Program-made: the position numbers and the translations under genes
Shown here: piece after piece, positions 35,179-48,320 of the stretch
Layout: every line of letters starts with the position of its first letter
Position numbering within the stretch: position 1 is the first letter of the stretch
The notes under the pieces: generated by a model
What the model saw: the letters and a program-made list of their open reading frames with translations, nothing else
What the model was told of the DNA's origin: nothing
Databases searched by the model: none
Source: Geosiphon pyriformis uo1
Taxonomy: Eukaryota > Fungi > Glomeromycota
Length of the DNA: 64,000 bases
Assembly (NCBI GenBank): GCA_016748015.1
Contig: JAAOMT010000570.1
Span: forward strand, 314,043 to 378,042
Direction of reading: 5' to 3'

Positions 35179-38100
35179 AATATATATAATTGGTTATTAT
35201 ATTATGCATGTAATATATAGATCATGTGATAAGATATTAATTATTTTTTATAGTCCCATCTCTCTATAGTCACCACAAATACACTGACTAAAAGATGTGA
35301 TTATAAAAAGAGTTTACTATATATCAAAGTTCTTTGGACAAGTGAAAACATAATTAAACAGTTTAACATTACCACATAACAGATACAACACACTTGAATA
35401 TATTTTCTTATAGAGTTTTTTCTTAATTGCAGTTGGCAGTCTCCTATAAACAGCTTTTATCAAATAGATATAAAAGATGGTAGAAGTCTTGCTTGTGAAC
35501 TCTATTAACATGTGTGAATTTGAATGCCAAACTGCAGTAGTGCCAAACCAGTTAATATCTGTGATAGTTAATTTATTCACAATCTTGGCACCAAAATCAG
35601 CTTTCTATTAAACATAATGCACAGACCAATAAATATTCTGAACAAAATAACAAACATTTTTTGACATAACCTAATTATCAGCCATGATAAATTTTTCATG
35701 AATTCTAACAGAGAGGAATAAATCAGAATATGCTGCTTTGCCAGCCAAAATATCAGCACTATCATTATTCAGAACTTCCAAATAACTTTTGACTTTTACC
35801 TATTTAACAAAAATGTCTTTAAATCTAATTAAATTTGCAATGTAACATCTTTCCATCCAGCACTTATTTCGAAAGTTCAGATGATTAAACATGAGTTCAA
35901 AAACATATGCATCCAATGCTATTTGATTGTCCAAGTACATAACTACAGAGCAAATTAAAGGAATGCATTTCAAAGCCAAGACAACCATTTGCAGTTTAGT
36001 CAATATAAAAGACAACAATCTATGCATCTCAACATCTATGCTCAATTCAATATCTAAAAAATATGCTGCCATTCTATCAGCAACCTCTAACATATCCAAG
36101 CACTTCAAAAAATCATCTGTGTATATACTAAAAGCATCTGTTTACAATTCATGTAAACAATCTCAAATATCTAAGAAAGTATCCAAATGCAATAAATTAG
36201 AACAACCCAAAATAGAAACTGACTCATCAGAAACAACTGGAAGTTTACTCATATAAACTGAAGTTTTCTTAAACCACAATAAAACTGGGCCTCTAGAATC
36301 TATTCTCTTTTAGTGACAAAAGATCTTCTAATCCATTAACTTCCTATGCTTATCCAACAATCTGTCTCTAAAGACAATACTAAAACACTTTAGAAAGCAA
36401 ACCACATTGAAATAAAAATAATCTCCCAAAATCTCTGACATAAGAAAGCAGCCAAAACCATGAAATGCATTGGAAAAACTATTAACCAAAAAGATTTTGT
36501 TGTTCATTAAAATTTTTACAGCATCTGCAAGAAAATTATTTAAAAAGTTGACTATCAATTTAATAGAATATTGTAGAAAGTTTATTAGAGTTCACCTCAG
36601 CACTTACAAGTCCAAAAAACGATGCTTAAACAATCATCCAAAGATATTAAGTAAGTTAGAAAACACTATTAGTGCAGCAATCTTACTCTTAGCCTGTAGC
36701 TGTATAAAAGTTTTCAAACTATAAAGAAATAGATAATGTAAGATCTCATTGGAAAAATCTCTGAACAAATTGGCTTTCAATCTCAGCTTTTTTCTTATTA
36801 TTACATCTCATTTTTGACACATCATCTTAGAAACAAAGCTAAATTGTGTCTGATAGCTAACAATAGATTATAAGACACCCAAGACCAAATATAAAAATTG
36901 TTTATTTAACAAAGCATTTTTAAGAACCAAATTTGAGAAAAACTTAACATTAGATTATGCTTTAGTAAAACTTAGTTTGGATATATCTTTTATTGATAGA
37001 TATATTTCTAAATATTTATAATGCTTATTGTGCTTGGCTATAGAAATAGGCTGACCACAAATGTGCAGAGATGTAATTCCAACTCTCTAATTAATAGGAA
37101 TAGCCACCATTTTGTTATTGTTAATAGAAATATTATTTATCATAAAAAACTTACTAGCAATATCCAAAATATGTTGTGTCAAGGCCTAATTATTTTCCAT
37201 CCAAATTATATTATCAACAAAAGCACCAGCTGTAAAAAAAAATAATCTACTTCTACTAAATTCTAACCTGCCTGTTTTTGCCACAAAGTTTGTATTAATT
37301 TTATAATCACACAATTGTTTCTGCCTCTTAACCTTATATAACAAAAGGTCATAAAAAATCTTTCACAAGAATGGTAAGAAAACTTCAGCTTAATTCAGTC
37401 TATTCAACACTTTGTAAACATTTAAAAGACCAAAATCAGTTATTACTCTGTTAACTCTGTCTTTATATATGTATTCAAAAAATCTTATGAATCTGTTACA
37501 CATTCTAATACACCTCAAACTAGTCTCCAGATAATGCTATTTAACAGAATTATATGCTTTTTTTATATTCTAAAAGACAAGCCAGACTTTTTGGCCTTTT
37601 TTAAAAACATTTTTTACTATTAAGCCAATAGTAAATACAGGAGACTAAGTTGACATTCCTTTCAAAACAAAAAAGTTATTATCACAAAAAACATTATATT
37701 TTAAACAAGAAAAAAAAATGTAATCTGACAAAATTTTTGATAGAATCTTTCTAGCTGTTTCAATTAGAGCAATAGGCCACATATTTGTTAAGACACTATC
37801 TTATTCATATGACTTGAGAATCATTGAGATCCATGTTTTTTTTCAAAGATCTGAAACATCTCCAAGAGACAAACAAGAGTTCAGCAAACACAATAAACAC
37901 TTTAACATTGTTTTACTATAATGCTTTCATAGTTTATTTGATATTCCCAATAAACCAGCCACTTTGTCATTAGACAAGTCACTAACAATCTGAATTAATT
38001 CACTCATACTAATTACATCTATTACATCAGAAAAGGCATTTTTATCAATAGAGCTCAAGTGTGTATATTGATAAGACCACATAGCAGGGAGCACTGAAGG

Positions 38101-41100
38101 CACCTTATGCTCTTTCATTCAATTCACTATAATTCTATCCATCCTATTTTTTATCTTATTTGGTTCCAAAATCAACTCATCCCCAATTACCAAATGATCC
38201 AAAACAACTTTACAAAAAAGTTATTCTAAAACACTTTTTATCATCCTGTCTTTGTTTGAACTGAAATTGTTCATCTGTTTCTCAATAGCTTTTTTGATAG
38301 CTGCAACTTCAGCCACTTTAAATTTATAATATTTTGACTTTCTGTAATCTTTCTTGATTAAAGACAGCTGCCTTAATACTCCACTTGTGTTTTTACTATT
38401 ATAAACCATAACATCAATCCTTGAAGCCTTTTTATTATTCAGACTTAACCATTTCTTAATGAGATAATTATAATTAGATGCTTTGTTTGTTTTTATACCA
38501 TTTACAATCTTTAAAACTAGCACTTTCAGATTGTAAAACTTTAAAGACCACTTATTTTTTGTGTGTTCAAAATTGTTGAACTATTGTTTAAAAAATTTTT
38601 TGTCAGCCAAATTGATTATTACACTTCTCAAAATTTCCTACACAGTATTCAGATCTTTCAAATTTCTTGTAATATCAAAACCACCCAAAACTCTAAACAG
38701 ACTAGTAGAGACACTATTATGAAAACAAGACCATTTAGCTTTATTAACATCTTTTACTTTAAATTTCCAACAGTTCTTATTAGCTTGTTTATAAACTATA
38801 AGTAAACACTTATTTAATAAACTACCAAAACCAAAAAAAACTGTGACTGCTTTGTGGTCAATATCAAAAAACTCAGTTATACTATCAATATTCTGAACTA
38901 TCACAGAAGAGAAAAAATGTTCACTAACAAAAATGTAATCAATAATCTTTTTCATATTTTGCAAATTAGACCACATCAAAAGCTTGGAAGCCACTCCATC
39001 TGAAAAAAAGTTACACAAATTCAAATTAAAATACTTTTTGAAGCTGATGCTATATTTAATTCTATTTTCATTGAAATCACCACCTAATACAACATGAAAA
39101 CTTGAATTAATTGTTTTGATAATAAAAAAATTTATTATGTTGGCTTAATCAAACCATATATTAACTAAGGCACCAATATATAAGCCTATTAACATAACTG
39201 AAAGCTTATTGCCAAATAGTAAACAAACTGAAACAAGATAATCTGAAATCTCAGAAATTTTGCACATATGCTAAACCAAAAAATTATTTAGTACAATAGC
39301 CATTTTTGTACTTATGTATCTAGTATTCAATCTAGAAATGAAAACTTTTACACTTTAGAACCTATTCTTGATACAAAGTTGAATCTGATTTTTTAGCTTG
39401 GTTTCTGTAAGAAAAGAAACCCAATTGTTAGACTCAACATATCACCTAATTATATCTTTCTGTTTAGCTAAATTGTTTATTCCTTAGACATTACACATAG
39501 CAATCTTCCAAACAAAGTTATTTATTGAGGAGAAAATAATACTGATAAATTCAAACCAGCACACAACAGATCCAACTTCACCAAAACTGAACTAACAGAT
39601 ATCTTGAGAACTGACAACTTTGACTCTAGACTGCCCATCTTAGTGGTCAAAATTTTTGAACTACTTGAACTTAAAGCCAGAGTTATATTAACCAGAGCTG
39701 GAAAAAAATTTATAAAGAGCATCTACAAAACATTCAAAACTATATTTGCATTTGAATTCGAACTTAAAAGTACAATTACAGCAGGAGAAAAAGACTGAAA
39801 AATGGATGCCAAGAGCACCAAATCAACTATACTAAGTTTTTTTTACAATACTTGAAACTTGATTAGCCAAGAGCTCTAAAGAACAAAAAAGCCAAACAGT
39901 CATTAATTGAGAAACCATTTTGAACAACTAGTGATTTTTTTTTATTATATGAAACACCAGAAAATGGAGAACCAGAACCAGAACTAAAATGAGAATTACT
40001 AAAAAAAAAGCAAGTAAAACCACTTGTGTCCAAGATTTGCCACCAAAAACAGCAGGATAAAAAATTGGAACACTTTTTTTTGTATATAACTTGGTAAGTT
40101 GAAGACAAGTTTCCTCTAAGACAATCTTTTTATAAGGCTTTGAAAAAAATAAGAATAATACATCTAATATATCACACTTAAGAGCTGAATGCTCAAGATG
40201 ACCACATTTTAAGCACTAAACCAAATCCAACTTAGTCCATAAAAGTTTAATACCACCCAAAATAGGCTTTATACAAAAGGTAAATTCCAGTTTATTATCA
40301 GATTTGAAACCAATTACAGCACAGTAAACTTGGTTGCCATTATCAAGTAAGCAATTAATGACACATGTTTTCCTACTAATTCCTTTTAAGAGAGTTTTAA
40401 GATTATACATAGTAGTTCTTACAGATAGTATAAACAGAAATACTCTAAATTTGTCTCTTAATATTTAAGTATTACAATCTTCTACAGCTATAGCCATATG
40501 CACTGAGTTTTTCTTGATTAGAAATAACTATCTAGAAGCCAGCAATTTAGTCTAATCTGATTTAGCAAATTCTATTACAGTCTTCTGTCACATGTTAATT
40601 AATTGGATTTTGATTGATTTAATTTCACCAAATTCAAATACTGCAGTGATAATCATCTTCTTAGGCATATCCATAGAAATTTTCTTGATTACCACAGTCT
40701 AATCTGAATGAATTCCTTGTTTCTTAAGATTACTGTTTATAATAATCCTTTTTTCTTTGACCAATAATGCAGTCTTTTTTATACTTTTTTCTAAGATAAA
40801 TGTCAATTGGATGATTTTTTTAAATTTTGAAGGGATAGTAACTCTTTCAAAACCATTGACAATTGAGAATAATTTTCTAATAAGCTGAGTTTTAGCTGTA
40901 GTTAATTTGCCATCTATAGCTAAGATATTAATGTCCAAAACAAAAAATTTTTTGACTGATACTTTAACTTGAGTTTTCACAATTTTCGGGTCAATTTATT
41001 TGCTTTCCAAGAAGATATTGAGGGGAAAAGAGAAGTTCACTATCTTTATTTATGCCATAATCAATAGAACTGAGAAAAAAGCTATATTCCAAACTGATAT

Positions 41101-44087
41101 CTACTTTTTTCTTTATCTTAAGAGTATTTGCCACTGAACTGAGAAAAAATTCACTATTACCACTCAAAAACATATTATTATTCTTATTATTACCAAATAC
41201 ACTGTCCTTATCCGAGTATATGTCACTACTAACAACAGATTTAACCAAAAAAATATCTCTTTTATCATCAAAATACTTGATATTGCCAATTAAAACTCTT
41301 TTTTTCTGGAAAAAAAGCCTCTAACAGAGCACTGTAAAGCACTTTTAAACACTTTTTTCTTTAACATACTGTTACTTGAAGCAGCTATCAGGTCTATTAC
41401 AAAAATAGTGTTAAAATTTTTTTTAGTAAATTAGAATAAAATTATTTTGTTTTAAAAAAAATTTAAGACCAAGTTAATTAATTTTTCTTTTGGCTATATA
41501 GTTTTTAAAATCAGTAATATGATTTTTTAAGTTAGTAATTGTTTTTGTTTTATTTTTTATTCATTTAAGTTTAGTTGTCATTTTAAGTTTGTGTTAATTA
41601 TATTTGGTTTTTAGATAAGCTTAGATACTACAGTAATTAAAATTAATATATTAAGAAATTATTATATCTAGTAAAAGACTTTTGGTTATCAATACTGTTT
41701 TAAATATTAAAAAATAGACTATTTGGCTATAAATTATAAAGTGCTTCTATTTTTTTTCTTAAGATTCTCAAGATATTTGTGTTCTGTTTTACAGATATTA
41801 AGTTTTATATTAAAACTTTTGCTTCTGTAAGCATTTTTGAATTTTTTTTTGGCAGTTTTTGTTTCTTTTTTTGTGGTTATTGGTAATTATCTGGTTTTTT
41901 TTTTGGTTGGTTTTTCTAAAGTCTGATTTGGTCAAGTTGACTATTTTGGTTAATTTTATTGTTAGGCCTATCAGTTTTTTGATAACAATATTTAAACAAT
42001 TTATTAAAAATAATTTTATTTTAAATAGTGTTCTTAATCCTAAAATTAATAAACTTATAGTATATTTGAGTGCTTTTAGCAAAGTTGTTAATAAGTTGAA
42101 AAGAAAAGTACTATTATTAAAAAAAATATATTGCATAAATACTGTTAATATATTTGGTAGTTTTATGAATTTTGTTATTGTTGACAATAAAATATTTTCT
42201 AATTTAATGTTTTTTTGGATTTATAAATCTATTAAAGTAAAAACTAATTTTTTAAAAACAGTTAAATAACTGGTTAAATTGGTTTTTTGTAATGTTATTT
42301 TGTTTGAAATAGTTTAAAAAATGTCTTTTTTGGGTAAATTTTTTTCTATTACATTAGTATAGTGTTGTTTTAATTGGTTTGAATAACTGGTTATATATAA
42401 TAAGAATGTAAATTACATTTAATTAGAATCTTAGTTTTGGTTTTATATACTAAATAGCAATTGAACTGTACTTATTAAACTTAATAAAAAAAATTTTTAA
42501 TTTTATTTAAGAATAATTTTAAACTTTTTTTTCAATATATTCAATCTTAATTTTAAAATAAACAATATAAATTCAGAAGTTTTTTACTAAGTAAATGCTA
42601 AAACTAATATAAATTGATTTTTAAGTTAAAAATATTATTTAAGTTCACCAAAAACAATAAAATTAAATATTAAATCATTTTTTTAACATATATATTTAAC
42701 TTAGTATAATTAAAATATCTACAATTTTAATATTAATAATTATTAATAATTTGTAAAAAAACCATTTTTTTTGGCAATAATTATTGTATTATTAAAAATA
42801 TAATATTAATTAACTACAAAACCATAAAAATATTAAAAAAAAACCAGAAATTTATTATTATTAATTTGAATATTTTTAGTTTAATTGTTGTTATTATTTG
42901 GTTTTTGTTATTTTTACTTCAAATTTTAACATAAATTTCTGAATTATGGAGCTTAAAAACTAATTGTTTATTTTTCATTGAATTTGCTTTCTTATTATTA
43001 AGCAGTTATTATTTTATTATTTTATAATTAGAAAAAAAAGACACATAACACTAAAAACAATTTCCTTTAATGTTTATTTTGTTTGGTTTTATTACAGTTC
43101 TTCTTATTTTATATTATTAATTAGCAAAACATGAATTGTAAAAACATTTGTTTGTGAAAATGCAAGAAATTATCAAAAAATTTAAGTTCCAATATCATCA
43201 GAAATATTTTATGGAAATGAAAATATCAAGAAAGATGAATCTAAAGATATTTAGTTGTCTGAAACTCACACTCAAATTTAATGGTGAAATGTCACCAAAA
43301 AAAATATTCTCAAATCGGATCTCACGGGAAAGTTTTTGCTTTTACAGACTGAGCTCCAAATACTAAAGGTCATATCAAAGATTTCCGGGAAATAAAGAAA
43401 AGTGAGTTCTATATTACGGCAGGATATCATGTTCGAGTACCAACAGGAAATTCGTTATTCAGAACACATGTTCGAATATAAAACCATTTATGGAAGCGTG
43501 GAAATACCGGACCAGCTATTAAATCCCAAAGTTTCAATATTTTCGGTGTTAAGTAGAAAAGGAAATAAAAGATAATCCCCCAAGAAAATGCATATGACAT
43601 CACAAATTCACTTTGTTGCAGCACACCCATATTATAATACTAAAAGCCATAATTGAAATCTCCAATAGTGATATTTTTTGATGTATTGTTCCCTTCCAAA
43701 GTTTTTCTTCGATTTACACTAAACTATACCCAAATAAGTTTAACACCGTTAATTAAAAAGTTGACTTAAGTTTCATTATTACAACTTTTAACATTGATGA
43801 TGTAATGCATTGTAATTTAAGAATTTCCATCTTTTTCGGAAAAATGGGGATCATTCACAATTCAAACAAATAAAAATCTGCCAACATACTGTTATCGATG
43901 TTTTAAAAAGTGGCGTCACGGTGACGACTGCTTTCTGGAAAGTTGGAATGCTATTAAATCCAAAAAATGACTTTTGATAAGCTATATCAATCTATCTGTT
44001 ATTGGTCTTCAGAAAGTCATTTTTTAAGCCCTTTTGCAGGTTCACTCAATTATTACATAGCTATTATTTGGAATTTCCCACATTACA

Positions 44088-45438
44088 ATGACTCTCTATT
44101 TAAGTTTGGTCTTCGGTTTGCTAGTTAGTGAGGTAAAACTTCTGTTTTCTCTTTTCCTTTTAAACTGCACCGTCAAAATTCTTGGGCACTGTAAAATTAT
44201 TAATGCACTCCACTTACCGTTCCTTAGATCGTTATTTTCTTATTTTTGATTGTAAATATCGCTCTTAATTTTTTATCAGTCTTATCTTTTAACTGAAAAA
44301 GTTGGCTGACTTGTTTTATTTAATTAATAGTTACCATTCCCGTCGTCATGGAGACGCGCCATGTTCCGTTGGGTCTCAGACTCGCCCTTGGTAAGCTTGT
44401 CAAGTGGTTTTCAAGCGCCATTTCTTATTTGAAATCTTTCTTTTTTTAACTTTTACATAATTGAGAATAGCTTGTGAAGCTGCAATTTTGGTTCAAAATC
44501 CTTTTCATGTAAGTCTCAGTTTATTGTATCTAAATTTTTCAATTTGATTTTCGTATCCCAAAGATTGATAAGAATTTCCACAAACTTGAATAACCCTTAG
44601 CTTTGTCTTCATCCTATTTGCGGGTATTTATGTCATTTCAATCGGTATCGCCTTCCTTATTTTTGAAAACTCCCATCTAATTATTACTTTGGAACATCTA
44701 TCATCACATTTGCTAGATTCCCTCAATCGCATCTGGAAAGTAGAACAAGAGAGTTCCCTTGCCAGCGATAATCATATACACGATGTGAGAACTGAGACTA
44801 ATCTTCATGCCAAGAAGTTTTATAATCAACGGAACATGTATGTATTATCAATAAAATAATGAAATAATCTTTGTCATTTATGTTCTTCATTTAACCTCGA
44901 ATTTCTTATCTTTTAGGTACTTGACTGGATTCACATTATTCCTCTCCTTGTACGTTTTTGATTTTATCTTGTTACTGAATATCTCGATCATGTATTCACA
45001 TATGACAATAAATTTTGTTTCAATTAAAATAGAATCCTAAATCGGACATATAGTTTGATTCTGGATTTATTAGCTGCTGAAGAAAAATTGGAGGAGATCA
45101 AAAAACAGGTAAGCGAGAAACAATTCAAAGGATTATGAAACTTTTTATCACGGTCAGATTATTGCGATTTGAACAAGATTTTAAACTACTTTTTCAACCT
45201 AAAGACGTCGAATCAATCCAAAGAACATCGGCGTGCAATTGACAATGAAGGAAAATTACAAAAGGAAATTGAAACACTAAATAAATCTTTAGAGGATGAA
45301 AAGAAAAAAGCCAGAGACTTCGATGTACTGAAAAAACAAGCTAGTCAACAATCCGAAGAGTATATGAGATTGGCTGAACGTTATAACGAGTTAGAGAAGA
45401 AACTTGAAAATCACAATGAAGATAAAAAGTTTGTCTGA
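44088..45438 (+). CDS. BAP31/YET-family ER membrane protein (~9 exons)
   Basis: Spliced reading MTLYLSLVFGLLVSE-IVIFLFLI-LPFPSSWRR...KKFYNQRNM-YLTGFTLFLSL-ILNR..., coiled coil, C-terminal KKFV (KKXX). GT-AG introns. Confidence 0.92.
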
Positions 45439-45955
45439 TTATGATTCTTGGATATCTGTTACATACGAACCCACCAAAACTTTCATTCCCCGTTTACAAC
45501 CAATGCGAAGAAATTTCCACTTTACTTTTTAAAAAATTGCAGTATAACACTCTTAAATAGTTTCTTGTGTAAAGTATCTTTCCTTGATTTTAAAATTATA
45601 TTGTACACCCCTTTCCTTACATTTATAAGAAATTGGGTAATTTCAATCCTATGATGGTACTACTAGTTATAAATAGATTTGATTGGGATAAGTTTAACCT
45701 TCAAATGTTGCCTTGAATTTAATTGGCTTTTCAATGTTTTATGAAGGCCTTGATAAAATAGGATTTCATGATTTCTAATGGAAATACCTAGCGTGGTTGT
45801 TCTTTTGGAGAAGAACCAGACAAGTTGCGTCCCTTGGGCTTTGTGCACACAAATTAATCAATCTCAAAGACTGTTCAGGTAGAGGATCTTGCGAAATTTG
45901 GCTCAATAATATCAGAATCTCATTGCACCAACTCCCCAGGTAATTTTGATTAAGC

Positions 45956-46748
45956 TTATTCGTGTTGAAGCTGATTGATCCCAAACAAACGAACTTGATC
46001 CAATTGTGGCAATTTAGCAATTAATGCCACGGCCGCAGCGATGAAGTTAACCAAGAAGGTAAAAATATCATAGTGGGTATAATGTGTACTCAAAAGAAAT
46101 CTGAGGCCAGAAAATTGAATTTTGCGATAAAACAAAAGGTGGGTGCCGATGCTTGAAAACAATTGAAAAAAGTAAAACTCACAGTCCGATAGGAACAGCC
46201 GTGAGATATTTTTTTGCAGGTGTAAATTGAGCCCCATGATCAATTTGTTCCCATAATGTTAAACCATCATATGCACCTGAATTGAAATCGAAAGGTACAC
46301 CCTTTACCCAATGGAACATGATAAAACTACCCTACAAAAGAAAAATAGAATAAAATAAAATCAAACCAACGAGAAGCATTAGGGCAAATCAAGAGGATCT
46401 ATTGAAAAAATACTCACTATCATGTACGATAAGTTTGTAAAAGTCCAGCTTGCTTCAGAAGAAACACCTGGAATAATACTGAATAAAATCTTAGCACAAA
46501 GAATAAGAATTATATGAAAAAACCATGCACCTACATTATAATTGTCATTCGAAGTCTTGGATCAATTTCTTGGCAAAATAAATAAACGTAAAAAAAATCG
46601 AGCAAATATATATGAGATCACCTTTAAAATAAACCCAGTTAGAGTTGAAATTTGGCAAAGCTGACATATCAAGCGAGTCTTGGTATGTAGCAGCTTTCTC
46701 TGCTACTATAAAACTTCTGGATCGACTTCTAACTGTAGTGCTCGCCAT
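45956..46748 (-). CDS. ORM1: ORM1/ORMDL sphingolipid biosynthesis regulator (4 exons)
   Basis: NSNWVYFKG-AW...SWTFTN-MFHWVKGVPF...LTLWEQIDHGAQFTPAKKYL-FLLSTHYTHYD...KLPQL. Confidence 0.95.
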
Positions 46749-48179
46749 CAGTGAAAAGAAAGATATGGAATAAAACTAACTAGCTAACTTTTAGTACCAA
46801 TATTCTGAGAAATTCTATTACAAAAAAATTTCGGTACACAAAAGTCTGAAGTCTCTAACCAGAACAAGTAAATGAACAGCTAGTTTAATAAAGAATTCTA
46901 GAGCATCCAATAATGGGTGAACATTGTTCAATAAAGAAAACTCTCGTGAGAGCTGGCATCGGTGCCCAGTTCGAGAATTAAATGATTATTTGATATTTTT
47001 TGTTTTCAGAATGCTGAATAATTCAAATTTAGAAACCAGTCTCGTTTTGCTTATCATGATCGCCAAAGAAAATAGTTTCTTTTTATGTGTCATTTGGGTA
47101 CTTGGATTGATATTTTAAGCAACACAAGAAAATTTGTTCTCTGATTCTGTTTTGGTAGTCTATTTTTTAGCTACTTTTATGAAGATTTCACAAATGTAGT
47201 CTTGTCATGAGTTAAAATATCAAATTTGAATAATAATTTTTTTTTTATAGATAATAATAATTTTTTATCAAAAAGTGCACTATAGTAAACTTATTATAAT
47301 TTAATCTATTCTATTATAACTTGTATTATAAAAATTTTATATTTATTAAATTTATATATATTAATATTTTGTTATAATAGTAGTTTGGTTTATTAACTTT
47401 TTTGCATAAAATTAAATATTGTTTTTCTATTAATTTTAAATAAATTATAATAAATAAAAATAATTTGTAAAATTTAAAATAGTTTTTTATTTTTATATAA
47501 TAAATATTGTATTTAAATAATTAAGTTGTTTTTTTTATATTACTATTTTACTGTGTTTTTAAAAAGCTGAAATGCTATTTTGTTTAGAAATAAAATATTA
47601 TTCCAATACAATTGTTTTTGTTTGTAATTATTAATTAGCATAAAAATAATATTTAAAAAATTTTTTATTGTACTTTTCAATTATTAATATTTAAGATTAT
47701 TAAGTAAAAAACCAATTATATTAGAAATTATTTTTTTGGCTGGTCAGTCTTTTTTTATAAACTAAAAAAAAAAATTAAATTTTTTGAAATTGATATAATA
47801 ATTGTAAAATTGTTTGGTATTGTGTTTCGAAATAGAGATTTATTTTTTTGCCAAGTTTTTTTGAAAAAAATTACATTAAAATGCTAAAACTAAAATGTAA
47901 CATTTACATAAAAAAACCCCTCATATTTTTTATCTTAATTTTTCCAAAAACTTTATATTATTATCAAATGGTTTATTAATTTTTAAAAAATAATTTATAA
48001 TTAATTATTTAAAATAAAACTTCGTCAAAAAAAAAATGTAATAATTAAAATATCTTTTTCAAAATTGGGGTTTCATTTTTATGAATTACGACATTATTTA
48101 ATCACTATATAATGTCAATATTATTACATTCAAAAAACTATTATACTATTATTTACTATTAATAAGAATATGGATCGCC

Positions 48180-48226
48180 ATCATCATCATTATCATCATC
48201 ATCATTATCATCATCATCATTATCAC
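48180..48226. repeat. (ATC)n-type microsatellite downstream of the G-alpha stop
   Basis: tcatcatcattatcatcatcatcattatcatcatcatcattatcac. Confidence 0.85.
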
Positions 48227-48320
48227 TCTTATATGTTATAACTTCACTCAAATTACAATAATATACAAATAAGTCATAATACAAAAAAGGAATTTTAAAA
48301 TGATATACAACATATTGAAA

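Larger units (their letters stand above)
33575..35319 (+). mobile_element. Non-autonomous pogo/Tigger-like (Tc1/mariner superfamily) DNA transposon with captured Sel1-like repeats
   Basis: TA TSD (33573-74 / 35320-21). 21-bp TIR CAGTGAACTCTCTCTATAGTC matches the right end 16/21, and all mismatches are transitions. Subterminal YTATAGTC repeats. Transposase-type C-terminal tail. The LINE frame CPKNFDI-HAGILLG is restored on removal. Confidence 0.85.
32160..41400 (-). mobile_element. Degenerate LINE (ORF1-ORF2 APE/RT/RNase H), 5'-truncated, carrying two nested insertions
   Basis: Same domain order as 13100-19891 (LGGDFNE, YTDDF, LDNQIA, LLCGNVKLFNYVFTC). Poly-A at ~32160. Reading frame is restored when the insertions are removed. 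Confidence 0.88.

Noticed and set aside
41810-42269. ORFs of 125-136 aa on both strands (similar cases at 12614 and 43148)
   Set aside because: F/I/K/L/N-biased products of extreme AT content in decayed TE DNA; no coding signature.
44088-46748. Functional cluster of ER proteins (BAP31-like and ORM1, convergent)
   Set aside because: Adjacency of two housekeeping genes is not evidence of a system without synteny data.
47281-48150. Decayed pogo-like MITE (starts TA-TAGTAAAC...) in the AT tract between ORM1 and G-alpha
   Set aside because: No matching right TIR or TSD could be identified with confidence.
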